Shown piece by piece: positions 1-9,158 of a stretch of 32,000 bases of DNA; the stretch's first letter is position 1, and the number at the start of each line of letters is the position of its first letter. Source of the stretch: an uncultured archaeon (GTDB taxonomy: Archaea > Iainarchaeota > Iainarchaeia > Iainarchaeales > Iainarchaeaceae). Made by a program: the position numbers and the translations under genes. The notes below the pieces were generated by a model, which was not told the DNA's origin, made no database searches, and saw only the letters and a program-made list of their open reading frames with translations. Location of the stretch: contig CAZNZM010000009.1 of the NCBI GenBank assembly GCA_964577555.1, positions 1 through 32,000 of the forward strand. The letters are read 5' to 3'.

Positions 1-2
1 TA

Positions 3-1745
3 GTTTTTACTAATACGCGCAGTGCAACTGAAAGGGTTGTGCATTATTTGAAGGAAAAGTTTCCGAAAGAATACAATTCTGGAAACATTGGGGCGCATCA
101 TAGTTCACTTTCAAGGGAAACAAGGCTTAACGTTGAAGAGCGACTTAAAAAGGGTGAATTGAAATGCGTTGTCTGTTCAACTTCTCTTGAACTTGGAATT
201 GATATTGGTTATATTGATTTGGTTGTTTTGTTGGGAAGTCCTAAAAGCATTGCACGTGCAATACAGCGAATAGGCAGGAGTGGGCATCAATTGCATAGTA
301 CTGTGAAAGGCAGAATAATTGTTCTTGACAGGGATGACCTTGTGGAATGTGCTGTAATGCTGAAATCGGCCTTAGAAAAAAAAATTGACAAAATCAGGGT
401 TCCTGAAAATTGCTTGGATGTTCTTTGTCAGCAAATATTTGGTATTGTAATAGAAGAAAGAATACACATTGATGAATTATATAATTTGATTAGAAGAAGC
501 TATTGCTATCGAAACCTTTCAAGGCTTGATTATAATGAATGTATAGATTATCTTTCTGGAAATTATAGTTCTTTGGAAGTCAGGCATGTTTATGCAAAAA
601 TATGGGTTGAAAATGAGACTGGAATGATAGGTAGAAGGGGAAAAACTGCAAGGCTAATTTATACCACTAATGTAGGCACTATCCCTGACGAAGCCAAAAT
701 AAAAGTGAAAATAGGGGATATGGTGATTGGGACAATTGATGAAAGTTTTATGGAACGCTTGAGAAAGTCAGATGTCTTTGTTTTAGGCGGGCAAACATAT
801 GAATACAAGTTTGCAAGGGGAATGACTATACAAGTGAATGCCGCATATAAAAAGCCTCCGACAGTTCCTTCGTGGTTTTCGGAAACCCTTCCTTTGAGTT
901 TTGACCTTTCAATAGAAATTGGAAAATTCAGGAAATTGATGTCTGAAAAATTGGGTAAAGGCGAATCCAAAAAAGATATTATTCAATTTCTTGAAAAATA
1001 TTTGTATATTGACAAGCATGCTGCTAATGCAATGTACGAGTATTTCAGGGAGCAGTACAAATATCTGGAAATACCGGACAATTCAAAAATTATAATAGAA
1101 AGATATAGGGAAGGCAATGTTACGCATTTGGTTTTTCACGCGCTTTATGGCAGAAGGGTTAATGATGCATTGAGTTTTGCATACAGTTTTGCTTTGTCAA
1201 AAATAATGCACAAGGACGTGGAAATAAGCATGAATGACAATGGCTTTATGCTCAGCATTTCAGGAAAAATCGTTATTGAAAAAGCATTAAAAGCGGTTAA
1301 CAGCAAGGATTTCAGAAAAATACTTGAAATGGCAATCAATAACACTGAAATGCTTTCAAGAAGATTCAGGCATTGTGCTACAAGGGCTTTAATGATATTG
1401 CGTTCTTACAAAGGCAAAGAAAAAAGTGCTGGGAGGCAGCAAATGGCTTCTCGGCTTTTGCTTAGCGCGGTGCGCAGAATAAGCAACGACTTTGTAATAT
1501 TGAAAGAGGCACGTAGAGAAGTGCTTGAAGATGCAATGGATATTAATAATGCGATAAAAGTGATTCAAGGAATAGAACAGGGTTTTATAAAAATAAAATT
1601 ATTGGATAGCGCAATACCGAGTCCTTTTGCTTGGAATATTGCAATGCAGGGAAGGATGGATATAATGAAAATAGAAGACAGGTTGGCATTCATTAAGAGG
1701 ATGCATGAAGAAATAATAAAAAAAATAGGTGAAGGCGATGAGTAG
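3..1745 (+). CDS. lhr: Lhr-like ATP-dependent helicase, C-terminal portion (5' end lies outside window)
   Basis: Frame is open from base 3 (VFTNTRSATERVVHYLKEKF...), so the listed start at 39 (GTG) is internal. Contains helicase C-terminal motifs (SSLELGIDIGYIDLVVLLGSP, RAIQRIGRSGHQ) and the long Lhr-type C-terminal region. Confidence 0.92.
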   Translation, partial: VFTNTRSATERVVHYLKEKFPKEYNSGNIGAHHSSLSRETRLNVEERLKKGELKCVVCSTSLELGIDIGYIDLVVLLGSPKSIARAIQRIGRSGHQLHSTVKGRIIVLDRDDLVECAVMLKSALEKKIDKIRVPENCLDVLCQQIFGIVIEERIHIDELYNLIRRSYCYRNLSRLDYNECIDYLSGNYSSLEVRHVYAKIWVENETGMIGRRGKTARLIYTTNVGTIPDEAKIKVKIGDMVIGTIDESFMERLRKSDVFVLGGQTYEYKFARGMTIQVNAAYKKPPTVPSWFSETLPLSFDLSIEIGKFRKLMSEKLGKGESKKDIIQFLEKYLYIDKHAANAMYEYFREQYKYLEIPDNSKIIIERYREGNVTHLVFHALYGRRVNDALSFAYSFALSKIMHKDVEISMNDNGFMLSISGKIVIEKALKAVNSKDFRKILEMAINNTEMLSRRFRHCATRALMILRSYKGKEKSAGRQQMASRLLLSAVRRISNDFVILKEARREVLEDAMDINNAIKVIQGIEQGFIKIKLLDSAIPSPFAWNIAMQGRMDIMKIEDRLAFIKRMHEEIIKKIGEGDE

Positions 1746-2508
1746 GTTTGCAAAAAGTACTGAGATCAAAGACAAAGACCAGTTATCAAAAGGTGTAAAA
1801 ACAACTGGTCTTTGTCTTTGGTTTGAAAAGTCAAGGACACTTGCTTGTGCAGATTTTCATTTAGGGTATGAAGGAATGCTTAATGCTAAGGGAATATTTA
1901 TGCCAAGATACAATTTTAATGAAATAAAAGAAAGGCTTGAAAGAGCGATAGTAGAATGCGGCAAGCCTAAAAATATAATAGTGTGTGGTGATTTTAAGCA
2001 GGAATTCGGAGGAATTTCAAAACAGGAATGGAAAGAAGCTCTTGAAATGTTGGATTTTTTGTTGGCAAATTGTGAAAAACTTGTCTTGATAAAAGGGAAT
2101 CATGACAATATAATAGCTCCAATTGCTGAAAAAAAAGGAGTTGAAATAAAAGAATCTTATTTTCTTGAAAGTGAAAAAACTCTATTTATTCACGGGCATA
2201 AAAAGCCTAATAAAAAGGATTTGATTGGCGCTAAAATAATTGTGATGGGTCACGAGCATCCTTCAATTAACCTGCGAGACGATTTGAAAAGAGAAGCATA
2301 CAAGTGTTTTTTAAAAGGAAAATACGAAAACAGAGAATTGATAGTTTTGCCTTCAATGCTTACTGTCGGAAGCGGCACAGACTTGACAATGGAAAATCAC
2401 ATGAGCCCACTGATTGAAAATATTGAGGATTTTGATGTTTATGCTGTTGAAGACAAGGCCTATTATTTGGGAAAAATAAAGGATTTGGAAAGAAAAAAAT
2501 ACGTGTAA
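1729..2508 (+). CDS. metallophosphoesterase, archaeal Lhr-associated/SbcD-like type
   Basis: Calcineurin-like motifs: ADFHLGYEG, VCGDFKQEFGG, LVLIKGNHDN, HGHKKP, MGHEHPS. Overlaps the 3' end of lhr by 17 nt. Confidence 0.88.
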   Translation: MKAMSRFAKSTEIKDKDQLSKGVKTTGLCLWFEKSRTLACADFHLGYEGMLNAKGIFMPRYNFNEIKERLERAIVECGKPKNIIVCGDFKQEFGGISKQEWKEALEMLDFLLANCEKLVLIKGNHDNIIAPIAEKKGVEIKESYFLESEKTLFIHGHKKPNKKDLIGAKIIVMGHEHPSINLRDDLKREAYKCFLKGKYENRELIVLPSMLTVGSGTDLTMENHMSPLIENIEDFDVYAVEDKAYYLGKIKDLERKKYV

Positions 2509-2515
2509 TTGGAAA

Positions 2516-3592
2516 TTATTTTTTGCTCAATTGTTCTAAAATTCTTTTTTTGAATTCTTCATAATCTTTTTTGTTAACTCTACCAGCAGCAGCTGGAACA
2601 TGTCCGCCGGCGCCAGCTCCTTTTAGGCCGGATACTGCTTTTTCAAGAAGGGAATTCATTTTTACTTTGAAATCTTGCCTTCTGGCAGAAAACAAAAGCC
2701 AGTTGTCGCCTTTGTCTTGAACAACAATTAGTGTCATGTTGGGGTAAATTTGATTGCTTATCCTGTTAATCAACTCTGATTTAAAATTGCCTTTTGCTTT
2801 GAATTCGTACCAAACCAATTCTTTTTCTGGAAAAATAATTTTTTTCTTTTCAAAATCCAAAAGCAGTTTTGCGATTTTTTTATCCAAAATTATTGAATAT
2901 TTTGCGAATTTTGATTTTAAAACGTCTGAAGGCTTTTTGCATTTTGTCAAAAAAAGAAGCAATTCGTGCAATTTGTTTGGAGCAAGTACTTCAACCCCTG
3001 AAATCAAAGCAACTATTTTTGAAAGTTCCGAAATATCCGAGTCATGTCTTTTTGCTTCAGTTTCTACAAAATCTTTCCATTGGTTTAACTGGTTGTCCCC
3101 AATTAAACCTGTGCAAGCCAGCCATGAATGTGTTGCAAGGTCAACATGCCTTGAAAAAAGGTCATAAACTGCTTTTGAAGTCGGATACTTGCTTGGCTCT
3201 ATATTAGAAAATTTTTGTACTTTAAGAAAAAGAGTTTTTTTTGATTTTCTGCCATAATCTGTATGGTGGTCAATCACCAATATTTCATTTACTATTTTTT
3301 CAGTTTTAAGAATAATGTCTTCGTTTTGGTCAAAAGCAAAATCCACTATTACGAGTTTTTCAATTTTTTTATTTTTCAGCATGGCAAGGCTTTTAGGCAA
3401 CAACTCAACTGTTTTATGGCTTTGGGTAATAACCAAATTAGGTTTTTTTCCTCTTATTTTTTCAATTGCAATGTATGCAAGTGCGCCGCTTGAAATTCCG
3501 TCAGCGTCAAGATCGTGGCAAATGGCTATGCGATCGCTTTTTGAATAATTTTTTACCATTGAATTGAATTTTTCAAGAAAATTGTTTTTCAT
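2516..3592 (-). CDS. DHH/DHHA1 family phosphoesterase (RecJ-like)
   Basis: Motifs CHDLDADGISSGA, VDFAFDQ, IDHHTD and C-terminal GAGGHVPAAAGRV. The likely start is the internal ATG (MKNNFLEKF) at 3592; the upstream 54 aa of the track ORF do not look conserved. Confidence 0.88.
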   Translation of the reverse strand: MKNNFLEKFNSMVKNYSKSDRIAICHDLDADGISSGALAYIAIEKIRGKKPNLVITQSHKTVELLPKSLAMLKNKKIEKLVIVDFAFDQNEDIILKTEKIVNEILVIDHHTDYGRKSKKTLFLKVQKFSNIEPSKYPTSKAVYDLFSRHVDLATHSWLACTGLIGDNQLNQWKDFVETEAKRHDSDISELSKIVALISGVEVLAPNKLHELLLFLTKCKKPSDVLKSKFAKYSIILDKKIAKLLLDFEKKKIIFPEKELVWYEFKAKGNFKSELINRISNQIYPNMTLIVVQDKGDNWLLFSARRQDFKVKMNSLLEKAVSGLKGAGAGGHVPAAAGRVNKKDYEEFKKRILEQLSKK

Positions 3593-3963
3593 TACAATAA
3601 AGAGCAAATAAGAAATTTTAAAAATAGGAGTTTGCATCAATAATTTTGCAAAATAATCAATGTTATTGGTGTCTTCAATGGGTTTTTCAATCGTTAATTC
3701 AAAAGGGCAAAAATATTTTCTCAATTCAACTGTTGGCAAAAACGGGAAAACCATTTATTATTTTAGTAAGGATGAAAAAAATCCTGTTGAATTGCCAACA
3801 GGATACACTACTATAGAAAGTCCTTTGACCAAACTGCCTATTTTGAAAAAGAAATGAAAAAATTTGTTGTTGAAAAAGTTTTATTTTCTTTTTTTTTGAA
3901 TATTAAGCAAAAAAAGCGTAACATTATTATTCTTATTAAACTTTACTTTAAATTGGTTTTGAA

Positions 3964-5508
3964 ATGGATGAAAGTTTTGCAGTGCCTGTTGAGAGGGCTA
4001 CTGAGGTAAAAGAGGATTTTTTGAATTTAATAACTGAGTTTTCTGATAGGAATAATTGTTTGCTTATTGATGGGCGGTTGTTTATTTCAAATGGCTTGTC
4101 TGCAGAGGCTTTGAATGGCAATTCAAAAGGCGCTTCAAAAGATTATGCTGCGGACATTGGTGTTAGGGTTTATGCTGGAAAAATTCCTGCAATGGGTTTT
4201 GCCGGTTGCAGTTTGGGTAAGAATGATTTTGAAAATATAAAATTTGTGGCCGGAAAGATTCTTGCTAAGGCTTTGAAGCTTGCAAAAGCCAATTCTGAAG
4301 AAAAAGCTAAAGCAATTAAAAATGCAAAAAAAGCAAATGGCATTTATGATTTGAAGTTGGCTGAAATCCCGGTTTCAAAAAAGGAATGGGTGAAAAAATG
4401 GAAAAAGAATCCTTTGGAAGCGCATTTGGAAGATTTTATCAAGGAGTGTGAGAGGATTTCAGCAAGCCTTGGACAAATAAATGGCGTTGCGTCCAACGCT
4501 GTTTCAATTTTTTCAATGGTTGAAAAAATGATTTTTGCAAGCAGTGAGGGTTCATTGATTGAACAAACCAATGCTATAACTGAGCCGTCTGTTTTTATAG
4601 CGGCAAAGGGCAACTCGCAAGAAACTTATCATGAGTGGATTGCAGAGCAAAAAGGGCTTGAGGCTCTTGAAGGAGATAATGCTCATGGAAAAACCTTTGA
4701 AGATTTTTGCCAATACATTGCTGAAGGAACTGTTGAGCTTGCAAATGCTCCTGCTGTGCCAAGCATACAGGGCACAACAATTGTTGCTAATCCTTGGTTT
4801 AATACTTTGTTGAGTCATGAAATTTGCGGGCATCCATGCGAAGCCGACAGAGCATTGAAGAGGGAAACCGCTTGGGCCGGACGTGCTTGGTGGTTCAGGG
4901 ACATGGATGATAATGAAATGGGTAAAGTAGTTGGTTCTGAAGAAATGACTGTGGTTTCTGATCCGACAATAGATGGTTATGGAAATTATATGTTTGATGA
5001 TGAAGGCATTCCTGCCAAGGCTGTAACAAATATTGAAAATGGTGTGCTGAAAGGTTTTATGAATTCAAGAGAAACAAGCATGATACTTAATGAAGTTCCA
5101 AACGGGCATATGCGTGCAAGCTCTGCATTGATGGTGCCTTTGGTAAGAATGAGCAATACTTTTTTTGCAAAAGGCACTTGGAAAGCTGAAGAATTGATTC
5201 AAGATACGAAAAATGGTTTTTATGTTTTGGGGCAAAAAACTCCTTCAATAGGCGAAAGCAGGCAAAATTTTAATATTTCTTGTTGGAAAATTTTTGAAAT
5301 AAACAATGGCGAGATAGGTAAGTTATACAGGAATGGCGGGATAGAAGGCGATTCAAGGGAAATGTTCATGACCCTTGAAGCCGGAAAAGACGTAAAAATA
5401 TATAATGTCCCGAATTGTGGAAAAGGAACGCCTATGCAGACAATGAGGGTTGGCAATGGCGGGCCTCATTTAAGATTCAAAGCTAATGTGACTGGGATAA
5501 GGGGTTGA
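3964..5508 (+). CDS. tldD: TldD-like metalloprotease family protein
   Basis: HEICGHPCEADRALKRE (HExxxH metal site), SGAT-like C-terminal region with MRVGNGGPHLRFKANVTGIRG; directly followed by a TldE/PmbA homologue. Confidence 0.9.
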   Translation: MDESFAVPVERATEVKEDFLNLITEFSDRNNCLLIDGRLFISNGLSAEALNGNSKGASKDYAADIGVRVYAGKIPAMGFAGCSLGKNDFENIKFVAGKILAKALKLAKANSEEKAKAIKNAKKANGIYDLKLAEIPVSKKEWVKKWKKNPLEAHLEDFIKECERISASLGQINGVASNAVSIFSMVEKMIFASSEGSLIEQTNAITEPSVFIAAKGNSQETYHEWIAEQKGLEALEGDNAHGKTFEDFCQYIAEGTVELANAPAVPSIQGTTIVANPWFNTLLSHEICGHPCEADRALKRETAWAGRAWWFRDMDDNEMGKVVGSEEMTVVSDPTIDGYGNYMFDDEGIPAKAVTNIENGVLKGFMNSRETSMILNEVPNGHMRASSALMVPLVRMSNTFFAKGTWKAEELIQDTKNGFYVLGQKTPSIGESRQNFNISCWKIFEINNGEIGKLYRNGGIEGDSREMFMTLEAGKDVKIYNVPNCGKGTPMQTMRVGNGGPHLRFKANVTGIRG

Positions 5509-5509
5509 A

Positions 5510-6931
5510 ATGGCTGCATTAAATGAATTGAAAAGCGTTGCTGATGAACTTTTGAGTTTTGCTGAAAAAAATAGTGAAGTCAAAGAAGCAGAAGCTTATG
5601 TTTCAGCACGTTTTTTAGGAGTTTATAGAATTGCTTATCATTCAAAAATACCAAGTAATGGTGTTGAAGAAGCAAAAATAATGGATTCTCAAGGAATCAG
5701 TTTGAGAATACTGTTCAAAGATAATAAATATGGGTTTGGTTCTTGCGACAACGATTTTACAAAAATTGGTTTTAAAGAAGCATATTCAAAGGCGTTTGAA
5801 TCAAGAGTATATGATTCTGATTTTCATTCCTTGTCAGACTATGCTGGAAAGTCTCCTTTCAAACCTGAAATTGACAAAAAAATAATTAATTTAGATACAA
5901 ATGCTTGTGCAAAAAAAGCTTGGGAAATGTTGGATGGTGCTCTCGATGAACTTGAAAATGGAAAAGAAACCAAATCAAACATTACTGGTGAATTTGATGT
6001 TTTTGGAACAAGGTTTTGTGTAAAAAGCACTAAAGGGATTTTTGCGTTTGAAGAAAAAACAGGGGTTGAAGGAAGCCTTACTGCAAACATTGAAGGAAAT
6101 GAAACAGCAAGTGGTACTTCGTTTAAATTCAATTCAATTATTTCAAAATTAAAGCCTTCTCAAATAGGAAAAGAAGCTGTTGAAAAAGCCGAGTTGTCGA
6201 AAAAAAGCGAAAAAATAGAAACAGGAAAATATCGTGTCTTGTTGAGCGAAGGAGTAGTAGCAGAGCTTTTTAACAGCAGACTGGATGTGGCTATTTCTTC
6301 TGTTGACCTTATGGCGAGTCCTTTTAACGGGCTTGTTGGAAAAAAAGTTGCAAGCGAATTGCTTACCATAACTGACGACCCTTTTTTTCCAGAATCTCCA
6401 AATTCAACAGGTTCAAATGATGAAGGAAACCCTTCTGGAAAAGTAACCATAATAGACAATGGTGTTTTCAAAAATTTTTTGTCTAACGATTATTACAAAA
6501 AAAAGAAAGATGAATATGCTAAATTTAGGGCTTTTAATGGTTATAGGGGTGGACGAAGTCATTCTTCTGATGTAGGCGTTAGTGCTACAAATTTGGTTGT
6601 AAGCAAGGGAAATTTGTCTGACAAAGAATTGATTTCAGAAGTTAAAAACGGCATATTTATTGGCAGGATTTGGTATACTTATCCAGTAAATGGTTATTCA
6701 AGCTTTGATTATTCTTCTACTATACGGGGGGATTCTTTTATAATTAAAAATGGTGAGATAGTTTCTGCTTTGGTTCCTAATAGTGTGAGGATTTTAGACA
6801 GTTTTTCAGATTTCATGAAAAACATAATTGGTGTAGGAAAACAGCGAAAATTTGCAAGTTCTTGGGGGCAGGATGAAATTGTTGTAACTCCAAAAATATG
6901 TTTGAGCAAAATGAATCTGAAAAGGATTTAA
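5510..6931 (+). CDS. tldE: TldE/PmbA-like metalloprotease family protein
   Basis: PmbA-like sequence (ISLRILFKDNKYGFGSCDN, GVSATNLVVSKGNLSDKELISEVKNGIFI), one nucleotide after the tldD stop codon. Confidence 0.88.
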   Translation: MAALNELKSVADELLSFAEKNSEVKEAEAYVSARFLGVYRIAYHSKIPSNGVEEAKIMDSQGISLRILFKDNKYGFGSCDNDFTKIGFKEAYSKAFESRVYDSDFHSLSDYAGKSPFKPEIDKKIINLDTNACAKKAWEMLDGALDELENGKETKSNITGEFDVFGTRFCVKSTKGIFAFEEKTGVEGSLTANIEGNETASGTSFKFNSIISKLKPSQIGKEAVEKAELSKKSEKIETGKYRVLLSEGVVAELFNSRLDVAISSVDLMASPFNGLVGKKVASELLTITDDPFFPESPNSTGSNDEGNPSGKVTIIDNGVFKNFLSNDYYKKKKDEYAKFRAFNGYRGGRSHSSDVGVSATNLVVSKGNLSDKELISEVKNGIFIGRIWYTYPVNGYSSFDYSSTIRGDSFIIKNGEIVSALVPNSVRILDSFSDFMKNIIGVGKQRKFASSWGQDEIVVTPKICLSKMNLKRI

Positions 6932-7019
6932 TGCTGGTTCTAAAATTTGCTTATTAAAACTTTATAAAACTTTGCCTAATAATTTCAAAGCATTTAAATT
7001 ATAATAAAATAAAATAATT

Positions 7020-7517
7020 ATGAAAACTAAATTTCTATTGATTTTCTTTTTAATTTTTTTTGCAACTCCAAATGTTTTTGCAGCTTTAAGACCTGAATTA
7101 GCTATAAATGATGATTTAAAAATTTGTAAAAGGTATAACCCTACTCATTTTTATGATTTGCCTGAAGGTTGGAGATATTATACGGAGCAAGATATAAAAG
7201 ATTTCAAATTAGAAACGTTGCAAAAGAAATGTGAATCATTGGGTTATATTTTTATTGATGAAGAATTGGCTGGTGTTTTGAAACCTTATTATAAAAATTT
7301 GGCAAATATATTAATTTTTGGCGTAGCAATTTTGTTTGTTGTGGGTTCTTTGATTATTTTTAGGATTTATAATAAGCATGTGTCAAAGAATAGGAAATTG
7401 AAACTTATCGATTATTTTGTTATTGGAATATGTTGTTTATTATTCTTGGTTTTGCTTATTTTTTTGGCTTTTATTATTTGGGATTTTGCTACAAATTCTA
7501 TTGTGCGTTGGGTATGA
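7020..7517 (+). CDS. small exported or membrane-anchored protein of unknown function
   Basis: 165 aa with N-terminal signal peptide (MKTKFLLIFFLIFFATPNVFA), a roughly 70 aa external segment with two Cys, then two hydrophobic helices. No recognisable family. Confidence 0.65.
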   Translation: MKTKFLLIFFLIFFATPNVFAALRPELAINDDLKICKRYNPTHFYDLPEGWRYYTEQDIKDFKLETLQKKCESLGYIFIDEELAGVLKPYYKNLANILIFGVAILFVVGSLIIFRIYNKHVSKNRKLKLIDYFVIGICCLLFLVLLIFLAFIIWDFATNSIVRWV

Positions 7518-7591
7518 TTCTTGATTCTTATATTGATAGAGTGTTTTAGATTTCCTTTACATTTTTAATCACTTCATGACAAACAATAATC

Positions 7592-8362
7592 ATGGTAAAA
7601 GCTAAGTGTGAAGGAGATTTGATAATAGTAGAATTTACGGATGAAGAAGCAAAAGAACTCAAATTGCCAAGCCGAAAAAAATTTGAGTTGATAAAGGCAA
7701 GGGAAGGAATTTGGTTAATGGTTCCGCATGAAGAAAAAAAGGCTAATGTAGTAGATTTGGTTGTTGGAAATGATTCAAGAGAGGCAATAGAGAAAAAAAT
7801 CACCAATTTGATTAAAACTTTGAGTCCAAGGGATAAAATGGAAGGTTGGTTTGAAAAGAAGCTTAATGAAAATGAAAATAAAATACTTCAAGAAATGCTT
7901 AAAGAGGGTAAGATAATAAAATATAAGTCAAGCGAAGTTTTCAGAAAAGCTCTTTATGCTTTGCCAAAAAATGTCCAAAAAAAACAAGTTTTTGAAAACA
8001 AATTCCAAAACATGGAAAAGCCCAAGTATGATTATACTCTTGAAAAAGACGGTTTTATGGTAATAAAAAACGAGTTGAATGCAAAAACCATAAGCGAGCA
8101 ATTAAAAGAGAAAATAAAAGCGGGGGAAATAAGAGGTTTAAGAAGTTTTGAAGGGGATTTTTATGTTATAAACTCTGTTCTTTTGCAGGAATCTGAAAAA
8201 AAGGTTTTGGAGGAACTTTCCAAGGAGAAACAACAAACGTTGAGCCAATTGTCATCCAAAACAAATTTGACTCCGACGCTTGTAAAAATATCAATGGAGT
8301 TTCTTAAGGAAGATGGCGAGGTTATGGAAAGAAAAAAAGAAGTTTATCAATATATTAAGTGA
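7592..8362 (+). CDS. uncharacterised protein; possible AbrB-like N-terminus and winged-helix C-terminus
   Basis: N-terminus GDLIIVEFTDEEAKELKLPSRKKFELIKAREGIWLMVP resembles a SpoVT/AbrB-like swapped hairpin. C-terminus LSQLSSKTNLTPTLVKISMEFLKEDGEVMERKKEVYQYI looks like a winged helix. Confidence 0.6.
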   Translation: MVKAKCEGDLIIVEFTDEEAKELKLPSRKKFELIKAREGIWLMVPHEEKKANVVDLVVGNDSREAIEKKITNLIKTLSPRDKMEGWFEKKLNENENKILQEMLKEGKIIKYKSSEVFRKALYALPKNVQKKQVFENKFQNMEKPKYDYTLEKDGFMVIKNELNAKTISEQLKEKIKAGEIRGLRSFEGDFYVINSVLLQESEKKVLEELSKEKQQTLSQLSSKTNLTPTLVKISMEFLKEDGEVMERKKEVYQYIK

Positions 8363-8366
8363 TTTT

Positions 8367-8735
8367 ATGAAAGTTCTTATACCTTTGTTGTCGGAGATGG
8401 AAAATGAAGAATTTTTGAAAAGAGCGACTGAAAAAGCAAGTGAAGTAATTTTGTTACTTGTTGTGGATACTCAGCCTAACCAAAAATTCGGTTTTACAAC
8501 TTCGCAAATCACCAAAGGAAGAAGGCTTATGGAAAATGCAAGCAGTTTTATCGGCAAAAAGAAAAAAATTGAAGAAATAATAGAGTGGGGAGAAACCGAT
8601 TTGAAAATAATTAATATTGCAAAGTTGAATCAAGTTGATAAAATAGTCATAAAAGAACAAGGAGAAAATAATTTTTTGTTCAAGGGGCTTGTTGAAAAGA
8701 TAAAAAGTGAAAATATTAAAGTAGAGGTAATTTAA
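8367..8735 (+). CDS. universal stress protein-like small domain protein
   Basis: MKVLIPLLSEMENEEFLKRATEKASEVILLLVVD...KIEEIIEWGETDLKIINIAKLNQVDKIVIKE resembles the Usp/HUP fold. The start is probably the internal ATG at 8367, 5 nt after the previous stop. Confidence 0.5.
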   Translation: MKVLIPLLSEMENEEFLKRATEKASEVILLLVVDTQPNQKFGFTTSQITKGRRLMENASSFIGKKKKIEEIIEWGETDLKIINIAKLNQVDKIVIKEQGENNFLFKGLVEKIKSENIKVEVI

Positions 8736-9064
8736 TGGAAAAAAAAGTCAGCATTTCGGATTTTCAAAAATTGGATATAAGGATTGGAAAAATAGTGTCT
8801 GCAAATCCCATACCACATACTGACAAATTGCTCCTTTTGGAATTTGATTTTGGCGAATTCAAAAGGCAAGTAGTTTCAGCTATTGCGCATCAATATAACC
8901 CAAGTGTTCTTATAGGCAAGCAAATGCCAGTTTTAATAAATCTTGAACCTAAAAAAATAATGGGTTTTGAAAGTCAAGGCATGATAATTGCAATTGATGT
9001 AGGGGAAGATTGTGCATTGCTTCACCCTGACAAGGAAACTCCAAATGGTAGTAAAGTAACTTGA
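8735..9064 (+). CDS. EMAP/tRNA-binding domain protein (MetRS beta subunit / CsaA-like)
   Basis: SISDFQKLDIRIGKIVSANPIPHTDKLLLLEFDFGEFKRQVVSAIAHQY...GMIIAIDVGEDCALLHPDKETPNGSKV is characteristic of the stand-alone tRNA-binding OB domain. Confidence 0.87.
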   Translation: MEKKVSISDFQKLDIRIGKIVSANPIPHTDKLLLLEFDFGEFKRQVVSAIAHQYNPSVLIGKQMPVLINLEPKKIMGFESQGMIIAIDVGEDCALLHPDKETPNGSKVT

Positions 9065-9158
9065 ATTTTTTTTTGATTGTGAAATGGTAAAAAATTTTAG
9101 TAGCTTGGAAAAATGGTTTGTTTGGAAACCAATTTATTTAAATATATGAAAACATTTC

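Noticed and set aside
1-1745. Lhr plus metallophosphoesterase as a novel system
   Set aside because: This neighbourhood is already recognised in archaeal genomes and nothing here departs from it.
3964-7517. TldD/TldE pair as part of a RiPP (modified peptide) cluster, with the 165-aa protein as its product
   Set aside because: There is no short precursor with a leader/core layout, no cyclodehydratase or other modification enzyme nearby, and TldD/E are common housekeeping genes in archaea.
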